Source: Malacoraja senta (Eukaryota). Taken from it: 64,000 nt of DNA. Of this stretch, positions 13,262-25,530 are shown in pieces. The stretch is from positions 16,680,001 through 16,744,000 of the forward strand of contig CM075990.1 of assembly GCA_038087875.1 (NCBI GenBank), given 5' to 3'. A program made the position numbers and the translations under genes. The notes under the pieces were generated by a model that made no database searches, was not told the origin of the DNA, and saw nothing but the letters and a program-made list of their open reading frames with translations. Position 1 is the stretch's first letter. Each line of letters begins with the position of its first letter.

Positions 13262-13581
13262 AGGAGAGAAAAAGAGTGAGAGAGAGACAGAGAGAGAGAA
13301 AGAAAAAGAGGGAGACGGGGAGAAAGAGAGCGAGACAGAGAGGGGACAGACAGAGAGATAGAGAGGGAGGGGGAGATAAAGACAGAAAGAGGCAGAGAGA
13401 GAGAGAAAGAGAGATAGACAGGCAGAGAGAGAGAGGGAGTGAGAGAAACGGACTGACAGAGAGAAAAATAGATAAACAGTGAGAGAGAGAGACAGAGAGA
13501 GAAAATGACAGAGAGACAGAGATAAGCAGTGAGAGAGACAGACAGAATGATGGAGACAGAGAGAGAGAAAGAGAGAGAGAA
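13262..13581. repeat. Degenerate (GA)n purine-rich microsatellite
   Basis: Directly visible. Confidence 0.95.
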
Positions 13582-15306
13582 ATAATGATCTAATCTCCTG
13601 ACATAGATGCCATTTCTGAGTTGGATTGTTTGCCAGCATTCCACATGTTGCCCTCATCTCTGTGCCAGTCAGCAGATTTCCTTTGAACGCTGTGGTATGT
13701 ACAAGTAATGGGTGTTATAAACAGCCCACCCTCAGCACAGAGGCAATGCATCCATTTCATTACCATCTACTGATTTAACGTAATTCTTAATCACCTATTC
13801 TTACTCTTTGCTGACCACTGCAAAGAGAGCTCACTTGCATCAGTGTCTTTCTCTGAAAGTCAATTCAATTTCCTCTCGCCTTAAGCCTCCCAATAATCGA
13901 AAGAGAATTGAGGACTACTCCACACGTTACATTCACTATATATACGCCAGCACAGTGGCGCAGCGGGTGGAGCTGCTGCTTCACAGCTCCAGAGATGCGG
14001 GTTCGATCCTGACATCTGTGTGGAGTCTGCACGTTCACCCGCCGGGTGCTCCGGTTTCCTCCCACATCCCAAAGAAGTGTGCGCTTGGAGGTTTTGTTTA
14101 AGAAAGAACTGCAGATGCTGGTAAAATCGAAGGTAGACACAAAATGCTGGAGTAACTCAGCGGGTGAGGCAGCATCTGTGGAGAGAAGGGATTGGTGACG
14201 TATCGGGTCGAGGCCCTTCTTCCCTGGGTTTGGAGGTTAATTGGCCTCTTGAAAATTGGCCCTTATGTGCAGGGATTGGATGTGAAAGTGGGGGAGTCAA
14301 GAGTGTTTTAGTGTCATATGTCCCAGATACAACAATGATATCCTTACTTGCAGCAGCACAACAGAATATGTAAACATAGTACACTATAAACAATATGATA
14401 AAGGAGAAAGACACTGATGCATGGGACTAGTGGACTTGGTGTGCTGAAGGACATGTTTCCATGCTTTTTCTCTAAACTATATTAATTTCTGGGACCTAAA
14501 ATACTGATATGAAATTATTTGAAAGCACCATTTTGCTCTTCCATCTCCCCAACATCATTGAAGCCAACCTATTATTTTACCCTGTGTGTTAATTGTAACA
14601 GATTGTAAATGTTTACAGGCAACATGTTTATTAACTCATTAAGACCGACAGAGAGAAAACTACCAGAGCTCATGCGAGGCGTAAACATGCTTCTGACTGT
14701 TATATTCTTGTAGCAACAAGGACAAAATATGGCCTTTGTGTTCGGTACCAGAGGCTAATGGGAGCCTCTGGGACTAGGGTCAGAGGCAGGGTCCTGAAGG
14801 AGCTGGGAAAGCAGAAACAGAAATCAACACACTGTCAGGAGTCAAATGTCACAACACGGCGCTGAAAGAACATTTATATACAGTGAAGGGTCTGTTCTCT
14901 GGCTTCCATAGGGGGCGGGGTGGTGAAGCACGGCCGTTAGTCAAACACACCGCGTAGACAAACGTTAACAGTGATTACACATAATGAATAATATTGCAGG
15001 TGTTATTGGGGGATGATGAGGGATGATTAACTACAGAATTCTGCAGCATCTGCATTGCCCAGCAGGTGAGAATAAAGGTACGTGATGGGCAGACCTACAA
15101 GATGCTCACATCTTCATGCGTTTGCTTCAGTGTGAAGCATGGTTAGAGTTGTGTGCATGAGTTGTCGGATGTGATAGCAGGTCTCGTCACAGCGTTCCAC
15201 ATCCTTGATACATGATGACTTTCACACAACTGTGACATCGCGACTGGGAGTCTGTGGTACTGGAGTCAGCTCTCTGCACTGTGTCCAGTCTCTGCTATTA
15301 ATACTT

Positions 15307-15790
15307 CACACATGGGCGGAAATCACTTTTAAAACATAAGGGGGGACACAATGAGGACTAACATATAGGACAGGGGTCGGTAACCTACGGATCCGGCCCT
15401 TAACCCGAAATCATCCGGCCCGCAGGCGGGTTTTTTTCAACTAGTGTTTCTCGTCCTGGGAGCTACAGCCAGACCTGGGGCAAACGAGCTGACCTGCGAA
15501 CTGCAGCCAGACCTGCCAGCCGACCCGGGCGCGCAGGCGACCTGGGAACTGCAGGTCCTTTGGCCCATCGTGTCCGCGCCGACCGCAATCACCCCGTACA
15601 CTAGCACCATCCGACACACTAGAGACAACTTACAATTTACCAAAGCACTTAAACCTACAAACCTGCACGTCTCTCAAGTGTGGGGCAGGCGAGCTGACCT
15701 GGGACTGGCTGTAGTGCCCAGGTCACAAAACATGGACGGGATTGTCCCCCACCTCTTAAAACATGGGGGGGGGGGATAGGTCCGCCTCCC
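15307..15790. mobile_element. Degenerate hAT-like DNA transposon fragments with a nested SINE fragment
   Basis: CAGGGGTCGGTAACCTACGG...CCGGCCCGCAGG (15371-15426) resembles hAT-Charlie termini; SINE tail fragment about 15553-15683. Confidence 0.35.
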
Positions 15791-15919
15791 CCGTCACCCC
15801 CCTCCCCCGTCCCCCCCCAAGACACATTCATTCACGTTCTGTTGAAACTGCTGGATTTTACTCATATTAATCGCCAGTGTATACTGCCCCCTGAAACACT
15901 TAGATTGCATGTTAAATGA

Positions 15920-16140
15920 ACTGGTGTGTGTATGGAACAAACTGCCAGAGGAGGTAGTTGAGGCTGAGACTATCCCAACAGTTAAGAAGCAGTCAGACAG
16001 GTACGTGGATAGGACAGGTTTGGAGGGATATGGACCAAATGCTGGCAGGTGGGACTAGGGTAGCTGGGACTTTGTTGGTCGGTGTGGGCAAGTTGGGCCG
16101 AAGGGCCTGTTTCCACGCTGTATCACTCGACGACTCCAGA
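15920..16140 (+). mobile_element. CR1 (HER1-like) LINE 3' fragment
   Basis: TGGAACAAACTGCCAGAGGAGGTAGTTGAGGC...GGGCCGAAGGGCCTGTTTCCACGCTGTATC. Confidence 0.8.
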
Positions 16141-16551
16141 ACTGTTTGAACCAAAACAGATTTTGCATGACCTGAGCAAATACCGAGCTACTCTCTGGGA
16201 ATCGTAGAACCTTGTCTGAGCTTTGAGATTGTTGTTACTTGCGTTCGTCACAGGTTACAGGAAGCCAGAGCATTGTGGCCTGAACAGTCCGATTATCTTG
16301 GTTTACAAAACATAACTGGGAAGGAAATAAATGACACTTTGGAATCCAGTGTTGAATATATTAGCATATTGAAAGAAGCAGCAAGTTATTTGGCAGATCA
16401 AGGGAATGAAATAACCTTGGAATATGTACTGCATCCACTGTGCGATATATGTTGTGACTGTGTCACAGTTGGTGTGAGCTTTGATTACGGATATCACTGA
16501 AGCTGTGGAGTCCTTAACTTTCAAAAAAATGTAAAGAAATGCTCATTCTAA

Positions 16552-17150
16552 AGGGGCTGTCCCACTGCAGCAACATAATTAGCGAGTTTAGAAGGGTTAA
16601 GGAGAGTTTAAAAAAATGTCATGTTGAAGAACTCCTTCCACTATGTTGAAGACCTCCTTCCACTATGTTGAAGACCTCCTTCCACTATGTTGAAGACCTC
16701 CTTCCACTATGTTAAAGACTAGCTTCGACTAGCTTCGGGAAAATTGGACACCGAATAGTGGAGAGTGAAGACGACCTCCTTCGACCTCCCTTCGACCTCC
16801 CTTTGACTGTGTTGAAGACTATCTACGACTACCTTCGACTCCCCTCGATTACCTACGACTAACATGCCGACCTACTACGACCTACTCCGACCTCCTCCGA
16901 CTAAACCTACGCGTAAAAAAAGTATCGATTTTTTCCATGGCGACCTTTTTTTTACTCGCGGGCATTTTTCAACATGTTGTGAAAATACGCCGCGACCTAG
17001 CTGAGGCCTCGAGTACGCGGGGACTACTCTCGAGCATGAAGGAGAGTTACAAAGACCTCCCAGGACCTCGTGTCGACCATGCAGCGAGTATGAGTCGAGG
17101 GCAAACTCGCCAGAACTCGCCGATTAGGTCGCCCAAGTGGGACAGCCCCT
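16552..17150. mobile_element. PIF/Harbinger-type MITE with internal 22-bp tandem repeats
   Basis: TIR AGGGGCTGTCCCACT / AGTGGGACAGCCCCT, TAA TSD (16549-16551, 17151-17153); ATGTTGAAGACCTCCTTCCACT repeated about 4 times at 16621-16710. Confidence 0.85.
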
Positions 17151-17365
17151 TAAGTCTCCTCCTGAGATGCTGCCTGACCCGCTGACTTACTCCAGCATTC
17201 TATGGCTTATTCCAATTCTGTCGGCTGGGTATCAACAGTAATGGGGTTCAGGGGTACAGTAGCAAAGCAGGTGAATTCCCGGCTTAATGTGGACAGGCCT
17301 TGAATCTTGGCTGAGAAACATAAGTTCAGTTCCTACCTTGACTGTTGGGGAAATTGAAGTCAAGG

Positions 17366-18190
17366 AAGCACAGTGCGGTGCAGCGGTAGAGTTGCTGCCT
17401 TACAGCGCCAGAGACCCGGGTTCCATCCTGACCACACGCGCTGTCTGTATGGTTTAGTTTAGTTTAGTTCAGAGATACAGCGTGGAAACAGGCCCTTCGG
17501 CCCACCGAGTCATCACCGACCAGCGATCCCCGCACATTAACACTATCCTGCACACACGAGGGACAAATTACACATACACCAAGCCAATTAACCTACATAC
17601 CTTAATGTCTTTAGAGTGTGGGAGGAAACCAGAGATCTCTGAGAAAACCCACGCGGTCACAGGGCGAACTCCATGCAGACAGCACCCGTAGTCGGGATCG
17701 AACCCGGGTGCATTCGCTGTAAGGCAGCAACTCTGCCACTGCATCACTGTGGCCGTGTGTTTTGTACGTTCTCCCTGTGACCTGCGTGGGGTTCATCCGG
17801 GATTTCCGGTTTCCCCCAACACTCCAAACACGTACAGGTTTTGTTGCTTAATTGGGTTGGTATAATTGTAAATTGTCCCCAGTGTGTGTAGGATAGTGTT
17901 AGAGTGCGAGGATCGCCGGACAGTGTGGACTCGGTGGGCCGAAGGGCCTGTTTCCGCGCTGTATCTCTATACTAAACCAGACTACATTTACAATTTACAA
18001 TTTTAACAAACCTACAAACATCTTTGCACATCTTTGGCGTGTGGGAGGAAACCGGAGATCTCGGAGAAGTCCCGTGCCGTCACGGAGGGGACGTACAAAC
18101 TCCGTACAGTCAGCACCCGTGGTCAGGATCGAACCTGGGTCTCTGGCGCTGTGAGGCAGCAACTCTACCGCTGTGCCACTGTGCGGCCCT
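17366..18190. mobile_element. Cluster of nested V-SINEs (plus-strand copy split by a minus-strand copy at about 17452-17755, then another minus-strand copy)
   Basis: SINE head 17368-17450 resumes at about 17760; inverted copy in between; a further inverted copy at about 17990-18189. Confidence 0.8.
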
Positions 18191-18388
18191 GTCATTGGCA
18201 GCAGTAAGCACTCCTTGCAAGGCAGGGGTCAGGTGGAGGGGAAGCTCCCCCGACAATGCCCTCTCTGAGTGCAATTACCCAATTAGTGTTGGAGATGAGC
18301 TGTGCCGGCTTACCCCGCTAGTATTTAGATTCGCGAAATTAATTTCAGTTAAGAGTCTCAAAAGCCGTTGGAGAGAGAGGAGACATAC

Positions 18389-18466
18389 CTCCCACTGGAG
18401 TGAGCGAGATTTGAACCCGGTCACTTCCTCAGGTCCCTCATTAATCTCCATGATATAATCAGCCAT
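18389..18466 (-). CDS. Candidate first coding exon of an unidentified host gene (MADYIMEINEGPEEVTGFKSRSLQWE)
   Basis: Strong Kozak context AACAACATGG, 26 open codons, then phase-0 donor GAG|GTATGT, in non-repetitive sequence; no homology recognised. Confidence 0.3.
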
Positions 18467-18669
18467 GTTGTTTACAGTAAAAATGATATCCGCGACAATT
18501 TTACAACCAGTATCTCTCAGGTACAAAAATAACAGAGTCTCTGAAAAAACAACTGCAGTGGGAGCCGACCGATTTCAGAATTCATTTTCTGATGCTGCTT
18601 TCATAACTTGCAGAGATTGATGTAATTCCTCAAGTACCTCACCTGGCATCAAGTATCATCTCCTGATTA

Positions 18670-18875
18670 AGAAGGAACTGCAGATGCTGGAGAATCGAAG
18701 GTAGACAAAATTGCTGGAGAAACTCAGCGGGATAAGCAGCAGCATCTATGGTGCGAAGGAAATAGGCAACGTTTCGGGCCGAAACCCTTGGTTTCGGCCC
18801 GAAACGTTGCCTATTTCCTTCGCTCCATAGATGCTGCTGCACCCGCTGAGTTTTTCCAGCACTTTTGTCTACCTA
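18670..18875. mobile_element. Inverted pair of Penelope-like pLTRs forming a long palindrome
   Basis: GGTAGACAAAA..GCTGGAGAAACTCAGCGGG..GCAGCATCTATGG..GGAAATAGGCAACGTTTCGGGCCGAAACC followed by its reverse complement. Confidence 0.8.
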
Positions 18876-19179
18876 CCACCTCCTGATTCCTCAGCTAGCA
18901 GGAAGGGAGCACAGTGGCGCAGTGTAGCTGGGACATGTTGGTGGGTGTGGGCAAGTTGGGCCGAAGGGGCCGTTTCCACACTGTATTTATTGCCTTCCAT
19001 CACATTGAGGAATGTTGATTCCACTGTGGTGGATGTTTATGTTCCATTTATTTTATGTGTGTATTGGGGCAGAGCACCAAGGAAAATACCTTGTATGTGA
19101 ATACTTGGCCAATAAACGACTATGTAGTAACAGAGAATGAACCATGGGAAATATGATTGATACCAGTTGTCTGAGAAAC

Positions 19180-20367
19180 CTATGCCAACCATTGAAGATG
19201 GTTTTACAGGGGGACGCCCCTGCTGACGTTATTGCAGAATTGGAACAGCTGGGCTGTTGGAAGGCTGATTCCGGATTGTGGCTTACGCCGGCCGGACAGA
19301 CCTGTATGACGGACCAGCTGGCTGCATGGGTTGTAGACTGCCTACATTTGGCCACTCATTGTGGCACGACCTTGCTGAACGATGCCTTAGTGCAGGCCTG
19401 GTGGCACCCGCGGCTTAAAGTCCTCGCCGCCCAGACCAGCGCATGATGCCTTACTTGTGCCGAATGCAATCCCGGCAGGGGCGTCCCGTGTCGAACGGGG
19501 CGGACTCCCTTGCCGGTAGGTCCCTTTGAGACCCTGCAATTAGACTTTATCGACCTACCGAAGTGCCAGTCGTACAGACATGTATTGGTTATTATTGATG
19601 GTTTTTCTAGATGGATCGAGGCCTTTCCCACCACCGATTGCACGGCCCCTACGGTTGTTTCCATTCTACTGCGTCACATTGTTCCCCGCTTCGGGGTGCC
19701 AAAGACCATTAGCTCTGACAACGGCCCCCACTTTATCGCTGCCATTAATAAAGAATTGTACTTCCAGCTGGGCGTAACGCAGCGTCTGCACTGTGCTTAT
19801 CGTCCTCAGGCGGCCGGAATGGTGGAACGAATGAACCAGACCCTTAAAACTAAGCTTGCCAAGTTAGTTGACCAATCTGGTTCCACATGGGTCAAAATGT
19901 TTCATGTCGCCCAGTTCCAGATAAGGGTAATGCCATGTGGCGCTGGTCGCCTTTCCCCTGCGGAGATTGTCTATGGCCGCCCTCTCCGTACCCCCTGAAC
20001 TGACATTATCCCCAGGCCTATGGAACTTCACCACATGTCCGAGGAAATGGTTTCCTATATCCTGGCCTTGACTAGGGCCCTGCGTACTATCCATGATGAC
20101 GTAAAGGCAACATACGTCGCTGACATTAATTTTCCCGTGGAAGGCCGCATTTCTGTTGGCTCATACGTCCTTATCAAGAATTGGACCCGGAAGAATGGCC
20201 TTTCGCCTCGATGGCTGGGCCCCTTCCAGGTTCTCCTTACCACGCCTACGGCTGTCAAGGTCGAGGGCCGGTCCGCTTGGGTACATTTACATCATTGTAA
20301 GGTGCTTGGTGACACCAAGCAAAGGAGGGAGAGGAAGGAGACGGAGGGACAGCAGCAAACCGGATAA
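19180..20367 (+). pseudogene. Endogenous retrovirus pol remnant: integrase (HHCC, D,D(35)E core, C-terminal GPF motif), class I (gamma/epsilon-like)
   Basis: One reading frame across ORFs 19144-19446, 19510-19998 and 20020-20367, broken by TGA at 19444 and 19996: HLATH...CLTC, LQLDFIDLP...IIDGFSRWIEAFP...SDNGPHF...ERMNQTLK, PRWLGPFQVLLTTPTAVKVEGRSAWVHLHHCK. Confidence 0.9.
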
Positions 20368-20636
20368 ATACGGATAAGTATGAAAACAACTGATCACATA
20401 TTAAAGCATTAAGTATGTCTATTCGCAGGAAGATGGCTGCCTGACTGGTCCAACTACCAGCGGTCCTATGTCTTCTGCTATATGGATGGGTGAGATCCTT
20501 GTTAACCCAGGAGGCAAGGAAGAGGAAGACAATGGGGAAAGTGGAGGAAAGGGGAAATGGTCAGATGACACATGTAAATATCTGCCTAAATGCTGCTTGC
20601 TGCCTTCTATGCTCTTTGTAATATATAGGAACCAAC

Positions 20637-20734
20637 ATGAAGATACTATGGGCGCTGGTGCTCACTTGTCTGACAGCCGGAATAACGATCTGGAGGCAGA
20701 CCAGACCAATGAACGAAAGTAGGAATAAGAGAAG
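20637..20734 (+). pseudogene. Probable ERV env (or accessory gene) N-terminus, truncated by CR1
   Basis: MKILWALVLTCLTAGITIWRQTRPMNESRNKRS: signal-peptide-like, 270 nt after the integrase stop; sequence becomes CR1 at about 20735. Confidence 0.45.
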
Positions 20735-21452
20735 CTGGATTTCACTCAATTCCTCCAACTCCTTTGACCCGCGGTCCCCTGCTATTTCCGGCAGATTATT
20801 TATGTCTTCCTTAGTGAAGACGGAACCAAAGTAGTTATTCAATTGGTCCGCCATATCCTTGTTCCCCATGATCAATTCACCTGTTTCTGACTGCAAGGGA
20901 CCTACATTTGTTTTAACTAATCTTTTTCTCTTCACATATCTATAAAAACTTTTGCAGTCAGTTTTTATGTTCCCTGCCAGTTTTCTTTCATAATCTATTT
21001 TCCGATTCCTAATTAAGCCCTTTGTCCTCCTCTGCTGGACTCTGAATTTCTCCCAGTCCTCTGGTAGGCTGCTTTTTCTGGCTAATTTGTATGCTTCATC
21101 TTTTGTTTTGATACTATCCCTCATTTCCCTTGTTATCCACGGATGCACTAGCTTCCCTGATTTATTCTTTTGCCAAACTGGGATGAACAATTGCTGTAGT
21201 TCATCCATGCAGCCTTTAAATGCCTTCCATTGCATATCCACCATCAACCCTTTAAGAATCAATTTCCAGTCTATCTTGGCCAATTCACGTCTCATACCCT
21301 CAAAGTTACCTTTCTTTAAGTTCAGAACCCTTGTTTCTGAATTAATTATGTCACTCTCCATCCTAATGAAGAACTCAACCATATTATGGTCACTCTTGCT
21401 CAAGGGACAACACACAACAAAGACTGCTAACTAACCCTTCCTCATTACTCAT
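20735..21452 (-). mobile_element. CR1 LINE ORF2 internal fragment (endonuclease C-terminus and linker)
   Basis: SDHNMVEF...NLKKGNFEGMRRELAKIDW...PWIT...KSFYRYVKRKR...MADQLNNYFGSVFTKED. Confidence 0.9.
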
Positions 21453-21560
21453 TCTTATGAATTACTTATTCATTCATTCATTCAATCATTGTATTGTGTT
21501 CTTCTCACTTGGTATGGCTGTATGGTAACTCAAATTTCACTGTACCTTAGTTGGTTTAGT

Positions 21561-21948
21561 GACAATAGACAATAGACAATAGACAATAGACAATAGGTGC
21601 AGGAGTAGGCCATTTGGCCTTTCGAGCCAGCACCGCCATTCAATGTGATCATGGCTGATCATCTCCAATCAGTACCCCATTCCTGCCTTCTCCCCATATC
21701 CCCTGACTCCGCTATTTTTAAGAGCCCTATCTAGCTCTCTCTTGAAAGTATCCAGAGAACCTGCCTCCTCCGCCCTCTGAGGCAGAGAATTCCACAGACT
21801 CACCATTCTCTGTGAGAAAAAGTGTTTCCTCATCTCCGTTCTAAATGGCTTACTCCTTATTCTTAAACTGTAGCCCCTGGTTCTGGACTCCCCCAACATC
21901 GGGAACATGTTTCCTGCCTCTAGTGTGTCCAAACCCTTAACAATCTTA
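21561..21948 (-). mobile_element. CR1 LINE 3' end with (ATTGTCT)n tail
   Basis: ORF 21669-21932 (SRTRGYSLRI...LWNSLPQRA...); (GACAATA)x5 on plus strand. Confidence 0.9.
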
Positions 21949-22502
21949 ACACAATAAACACAAACTCGAACTCGAACTTGAACATGACTCTATGACCCTC
22001 TAAGTGTGCGATTTCACTGCCCTTTGCTTTAGAACGGAGTTACTTAGATTCACACAGCTCTGCCATAGCACTATAAGCCTGAGACTGGATCCAAAGTTGC
22101 ACATTAGTTTCCATGGTTACAATAGACTGCGTCATCAGACTTGTTTTCCACTTTAAAAAAATAAACAAGGAGCAATGGAAAACTGGTAGGTAATCCAGTG
22201 ATAGAAATCAATACCTTAATCAATTTCATGAGGGAGAATAGTCGGGTGAGAAACAGCGATGGGATGTGTCATGTCTTATGATTGATGGTGGCCTGCAATG
22301 ATTCATATATTTGTGGTCTATACAGGATAATGACCACCTTATAGATGTCTTTCAATCTTTCACTGTGATACGCATAGCTTCATCAACCACTGACAATTCA
22401 ACCCGAGGCCACTGACATTCCCTCAAAGTGTTTTTCACAGTTAAAAGAAAAATGTTGACATGCGTTGGCGAACATTCTTTGTCAAAATTAGTTGACACTT
22501 TT

Positions 22503-22796
22503 GGCAGCACAGTGCCAGAGATCTGGGTTCATTCCTGACCTCGGGTGCTGTCTATGTGGAGTTTGCACGTTCCCCCTGGGACTGTGTATGTTTCCATCCA
22601 CTCCCCAAAGACGTGCATGTTTGTAGGTTAATTCGCCTCTGTAAATTGCCCCTAGTGTGTGTGGGGAGTGGATGAGAAAGTGGGATAGCATGGGGCTAGC
22701 GTGAATGGGTGATCGATGTTCAGAGTGGACTTGGTGGGCTGAAGGGCATGTTTCTATGTTTCTATGTTTCTATGTTTCCATGCTGCATCTCTAAAC
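22503..22796 (+). mobile_element. V-SINE, older subfamily
   Basis: GGGTTCATTCCTGACCTCGGGTGCTGTCTATGTGGAGTTTGCACGTT, CR1-like tail. Confidence 0.7.
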
Positions 22797-23009
22797 TTCA
22801 TTAAACCGGTCAAATTCTGCCATATATACATACAGTAGAACAAAAAGAAATGCAGATGCTGGTTTATCAATGCTGGAGTAACTCAGCGGGTCAGGTAGGA
22901 TCTCTGGAGAACATGGATAGGTGATGTTTTGGGTCAGGACTCACTGAAGAAGAGTCCCAACCCGAAACGTCAGCGATCCATGTTCCCCAGGGATGGTGGG
23001 CTGAAGTTT

Positions 23010-23335
23010 ACTTTAGTTATTACTTTGACGTGTACTGAGGTACGGTGAAAAGCTTTTTGTTACATGCTATCCAGTCAGCGAAAAGACTACACGTGATTAA
23101 AATGGAGCCGTCCACAGTGTACAAGTACAGGATAAAGGGAATAACATTAAGATAAAGTCCAACAAAGTCTGATTAAAGATAGTTCGCAGATCTCCAATAA
23201 GGTAGATGGGAGGTCAGGACCGCTCTCTAGCTGGTGAGAGGACAGTTCAGTTGCCTGATAACAGCTGGGAAGAAACTGTCCCTGAATCTGGAAGGATGTG
23301 TTTTCAAGCTTCTGTACCTCTTGCCTGATGGGAGA
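23010..23335 (-). mobile_element. Rex1-like LINE 3' fragment
   Basis: LPSGKRYRSLKTHPSRFRDSFFPAVIRQLN plus 3' UTR; similar fragments at about 52970-53330, 58490-58865 and 62540-62930. Confidence 0.65.
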
Positions 23336-23598
23336 GGGGCCTGTTTCCATGCTGTATCTTCCAACCTAACATGGAACAAGTAGCCAAAATAGGTCCACAG
23401 CACTAAACAAATGTTGGAAACTTTCAGCAGTGTCAACCTTGGATGGCAATGAGAATGTGGACATACAGCCTAATTGTGGTGTTATATAATGGCTTGTCAC
23501 TGGCATTTCTTCAGCTTAGTAGCCCAGCAGATAATTAATAGTAAGATTAAACGAGAACTTACCAGTTTGAAGTTTGATCTTTATTTTATGAGGAGTAA

Positions 23599-24148
23599 AA
23601 GGCCTGTCTCACGAGTCTGCGGTCATTGGCGGCGAAACGGGAAGAATCTACCGCTTCTGGGCCGCCATAGACCGCACACTCGGTCAAACGCACAACTCCA
23701 TTGCTAAAATAAAACCAACACTGTTCAAAAATATGTCCCTACCGCACAGCCTCCGCCAGTGAGGCATGAGTGCGGCACGGCCGCCGCCACAGCTACCGCC
23801 ATTGTGGCTCGAGCGCCGTGCGTCGAACTTGCACCGCCACAGCCTCCGCTAGTGAGTCACGTGTGTGGCACGGCCGCCGCCACAGCCACCGCTACAGTGC
23901 CGCGATCAGGACGGCCGCCGCCACAGCCCCTCAGATCCAAAATGATGTCATCGCAGTCGGCCCGCCCTTTTTTTTAACTTACCGCAAGCACATGGGACTA
24001 GCCGTATTTAAATCACTCGGCCCCCGCGCAGCATCCGTGCGACGCTCCCGTGGCATAGGCTCGGCGCTCTCGCCGTTGCCGTGCGGTCCACTCTACAGGC
24101 GAAGCCGCGCTTCACCGCCGATGACCGCAACACCGTAAGACAGAGCCT
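23599..24148. mobile_element. GC-rich PIF/Harbinger-type MITE inserted in the DIRS 3' terminal repeat
   Basis: Imperfect TIR AAGGCCTGTCTCACG / CGTAAGACAGAGCCT, flanks TAA/TTA; the ICR copy shows the empty site GAGGAGTTACGTTGAGG. Confidence 0.75.
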
Positions 24149-24305
24149 TTACGTTGAGGGATTACGTGAGGAGCCCGCCAGGGCGCATGTACGACATATC
24201 TTCAAAGCTGTGGTGTGAAATCACAGATACGGTAGTCGAATTAACATAGTAAGATAAGAACTTGAATACCAGCTGACCTTTATAATAGAGGGTGGGCGCG
24301 GAGGG

Positions 24306-24415
24306 CACGTAATCCCTCAACGTAACTCCTCATAAAATAAAGATCAAACTTCAAACTGGTAAGTACTCGTTTAATCTTACTATTTTACTTCGGAGTCACG
24401 TGAGTGACTACGTGA
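24306..24415. repeat. DIRS internal complementary region (ICR)
   Basis: 24306-24384 is the reverse complement of the left terminus (with the MITE removed); about 24383-24415 is the reverse complement of 28819-28851. Confidence 0.9.
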
Positions 24416-24629
24416 AGATTTTAAAGCTCTGTGATTTCATGCCACGGAACGAGTCCATGCTTCACACCCTGCTGTCGTAGAATGAGGAGGAAGTATCTTA
24501 ACAAATCCAGACATGAATCAATTGTTAAAAAGAAACAATAAGTGATCTATTAACACAAATTATAATAATGACCCCTGTCCTTCGGGGCGTATTATAAAAC
24601 AGAACTCAAAATAGTCTCTGCAAAAGTCA

Positions 24630-25530
24630 CAGGCTTGGCAACTGGCTTATTATAAAATTCTTGGAAGGTCTTCTCCCTGGACCATCCTGTCGTACCCAAG
24701 ATGTGATCCATTGGAACCTCCATGTGCCGTGCTGCCGATGTGGCTGCAGCCCTGGTGGAATGAGATTAAAAAATATCAGTATCCACCTCTGCAGCCCCCA
24801 AAACCTGTCGAAGCCATCTAGATATAGTTTGGGCCGATACCATGTTGTGAGGTCTTTTGTGGCTCACTAATAGTGCCAATTCTTGGCCTCTTACTTTAGC
24901 TGTTAGCTCAATGTAAAGTAACAGATGTGTCATAAGGCTGTATGATCCTGGCCTGTTTTGTTTTACCAGTTCATGAATATAAAATGTTATATCATATGTC
25001 ACTTTGGCCATCGAGTCCAGTCATAACTTGTGTAAAGATTGCACCCGCTGGGCCGAGACCAGTGCCATCAGCATTACCAATTTAAGGGTAAGTTTCTCCA
25101 GGGACAGGGACGTTGCTGGTGACCAACCCCGAAGCAATGTCAACACAATACTCACATCCCAAATGTGAGAGTATCTGGCCCTAGGGGGATTCGAGTTGAA
25201 TATACCCCTCATTAGTTTGGAAACCAAGGGGTGAGATCCCAGTGAATGGTGGTCGAATCCCCGCCACAAATAGGTCAATAGGGCACTCCTGGCGCTGTTG
25301 ATGGCACTGTAGCTAAGCCTTTCATCAAAATGAAGGTTAGCTAGGAACTCCAGGACATTAGTTACAGTGGCTGAGTTATACTCAACATTAATCCTGGAAC
25401 AATATAGTTCCCATTTCCTGATGTAAGTCAGGTACTGTTTTCTGGTAGACTCTCTTTGTGCTGCCATGATCATGTTGATGGTTCGGTCCGTCAGTCCAAG
25501 ATCCAGAAGTGACCTGTTCAAATTCTGCAA
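24630..25530 (-). pseudogene. DIRS tyrosine recombinase (disrupted)
   Basis: N-terminal binding domain (STRKQYLTYIRKW...LSYSAINSARSAL), catalytic R (VSAQRVQSL), HSTRAAATSAA and GWSREKTFQEFYNKPV read from the minus strand at about 24640-24765; stops and frameshifts present. Confidence 0.9.

Noticed and set aside
13172..13657. Ser/Leu- and Arg/Glu-rich ORFs
   Set aside because: Translations of the (GA)n microsatellite.
16252..16500. Possible plus-strand exon (CACAG acceptor, ...LWPEQSDYLGLQNITGKE...)
   Set aside because: No recognisable homology or supporting neighbouring exons; chance ORF not excluded.
16621..16900. CRISPR-like short repeats
   Set aside because: Contiguous tandem repeats without unique spacers, inside a MITE, in eukaryotic DNA with no cas genes.
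20561..21415. 284-aa ORF as a host gene
   Set aside because: CR1 ORF2 fragment reading through into antisense ERV sequence.
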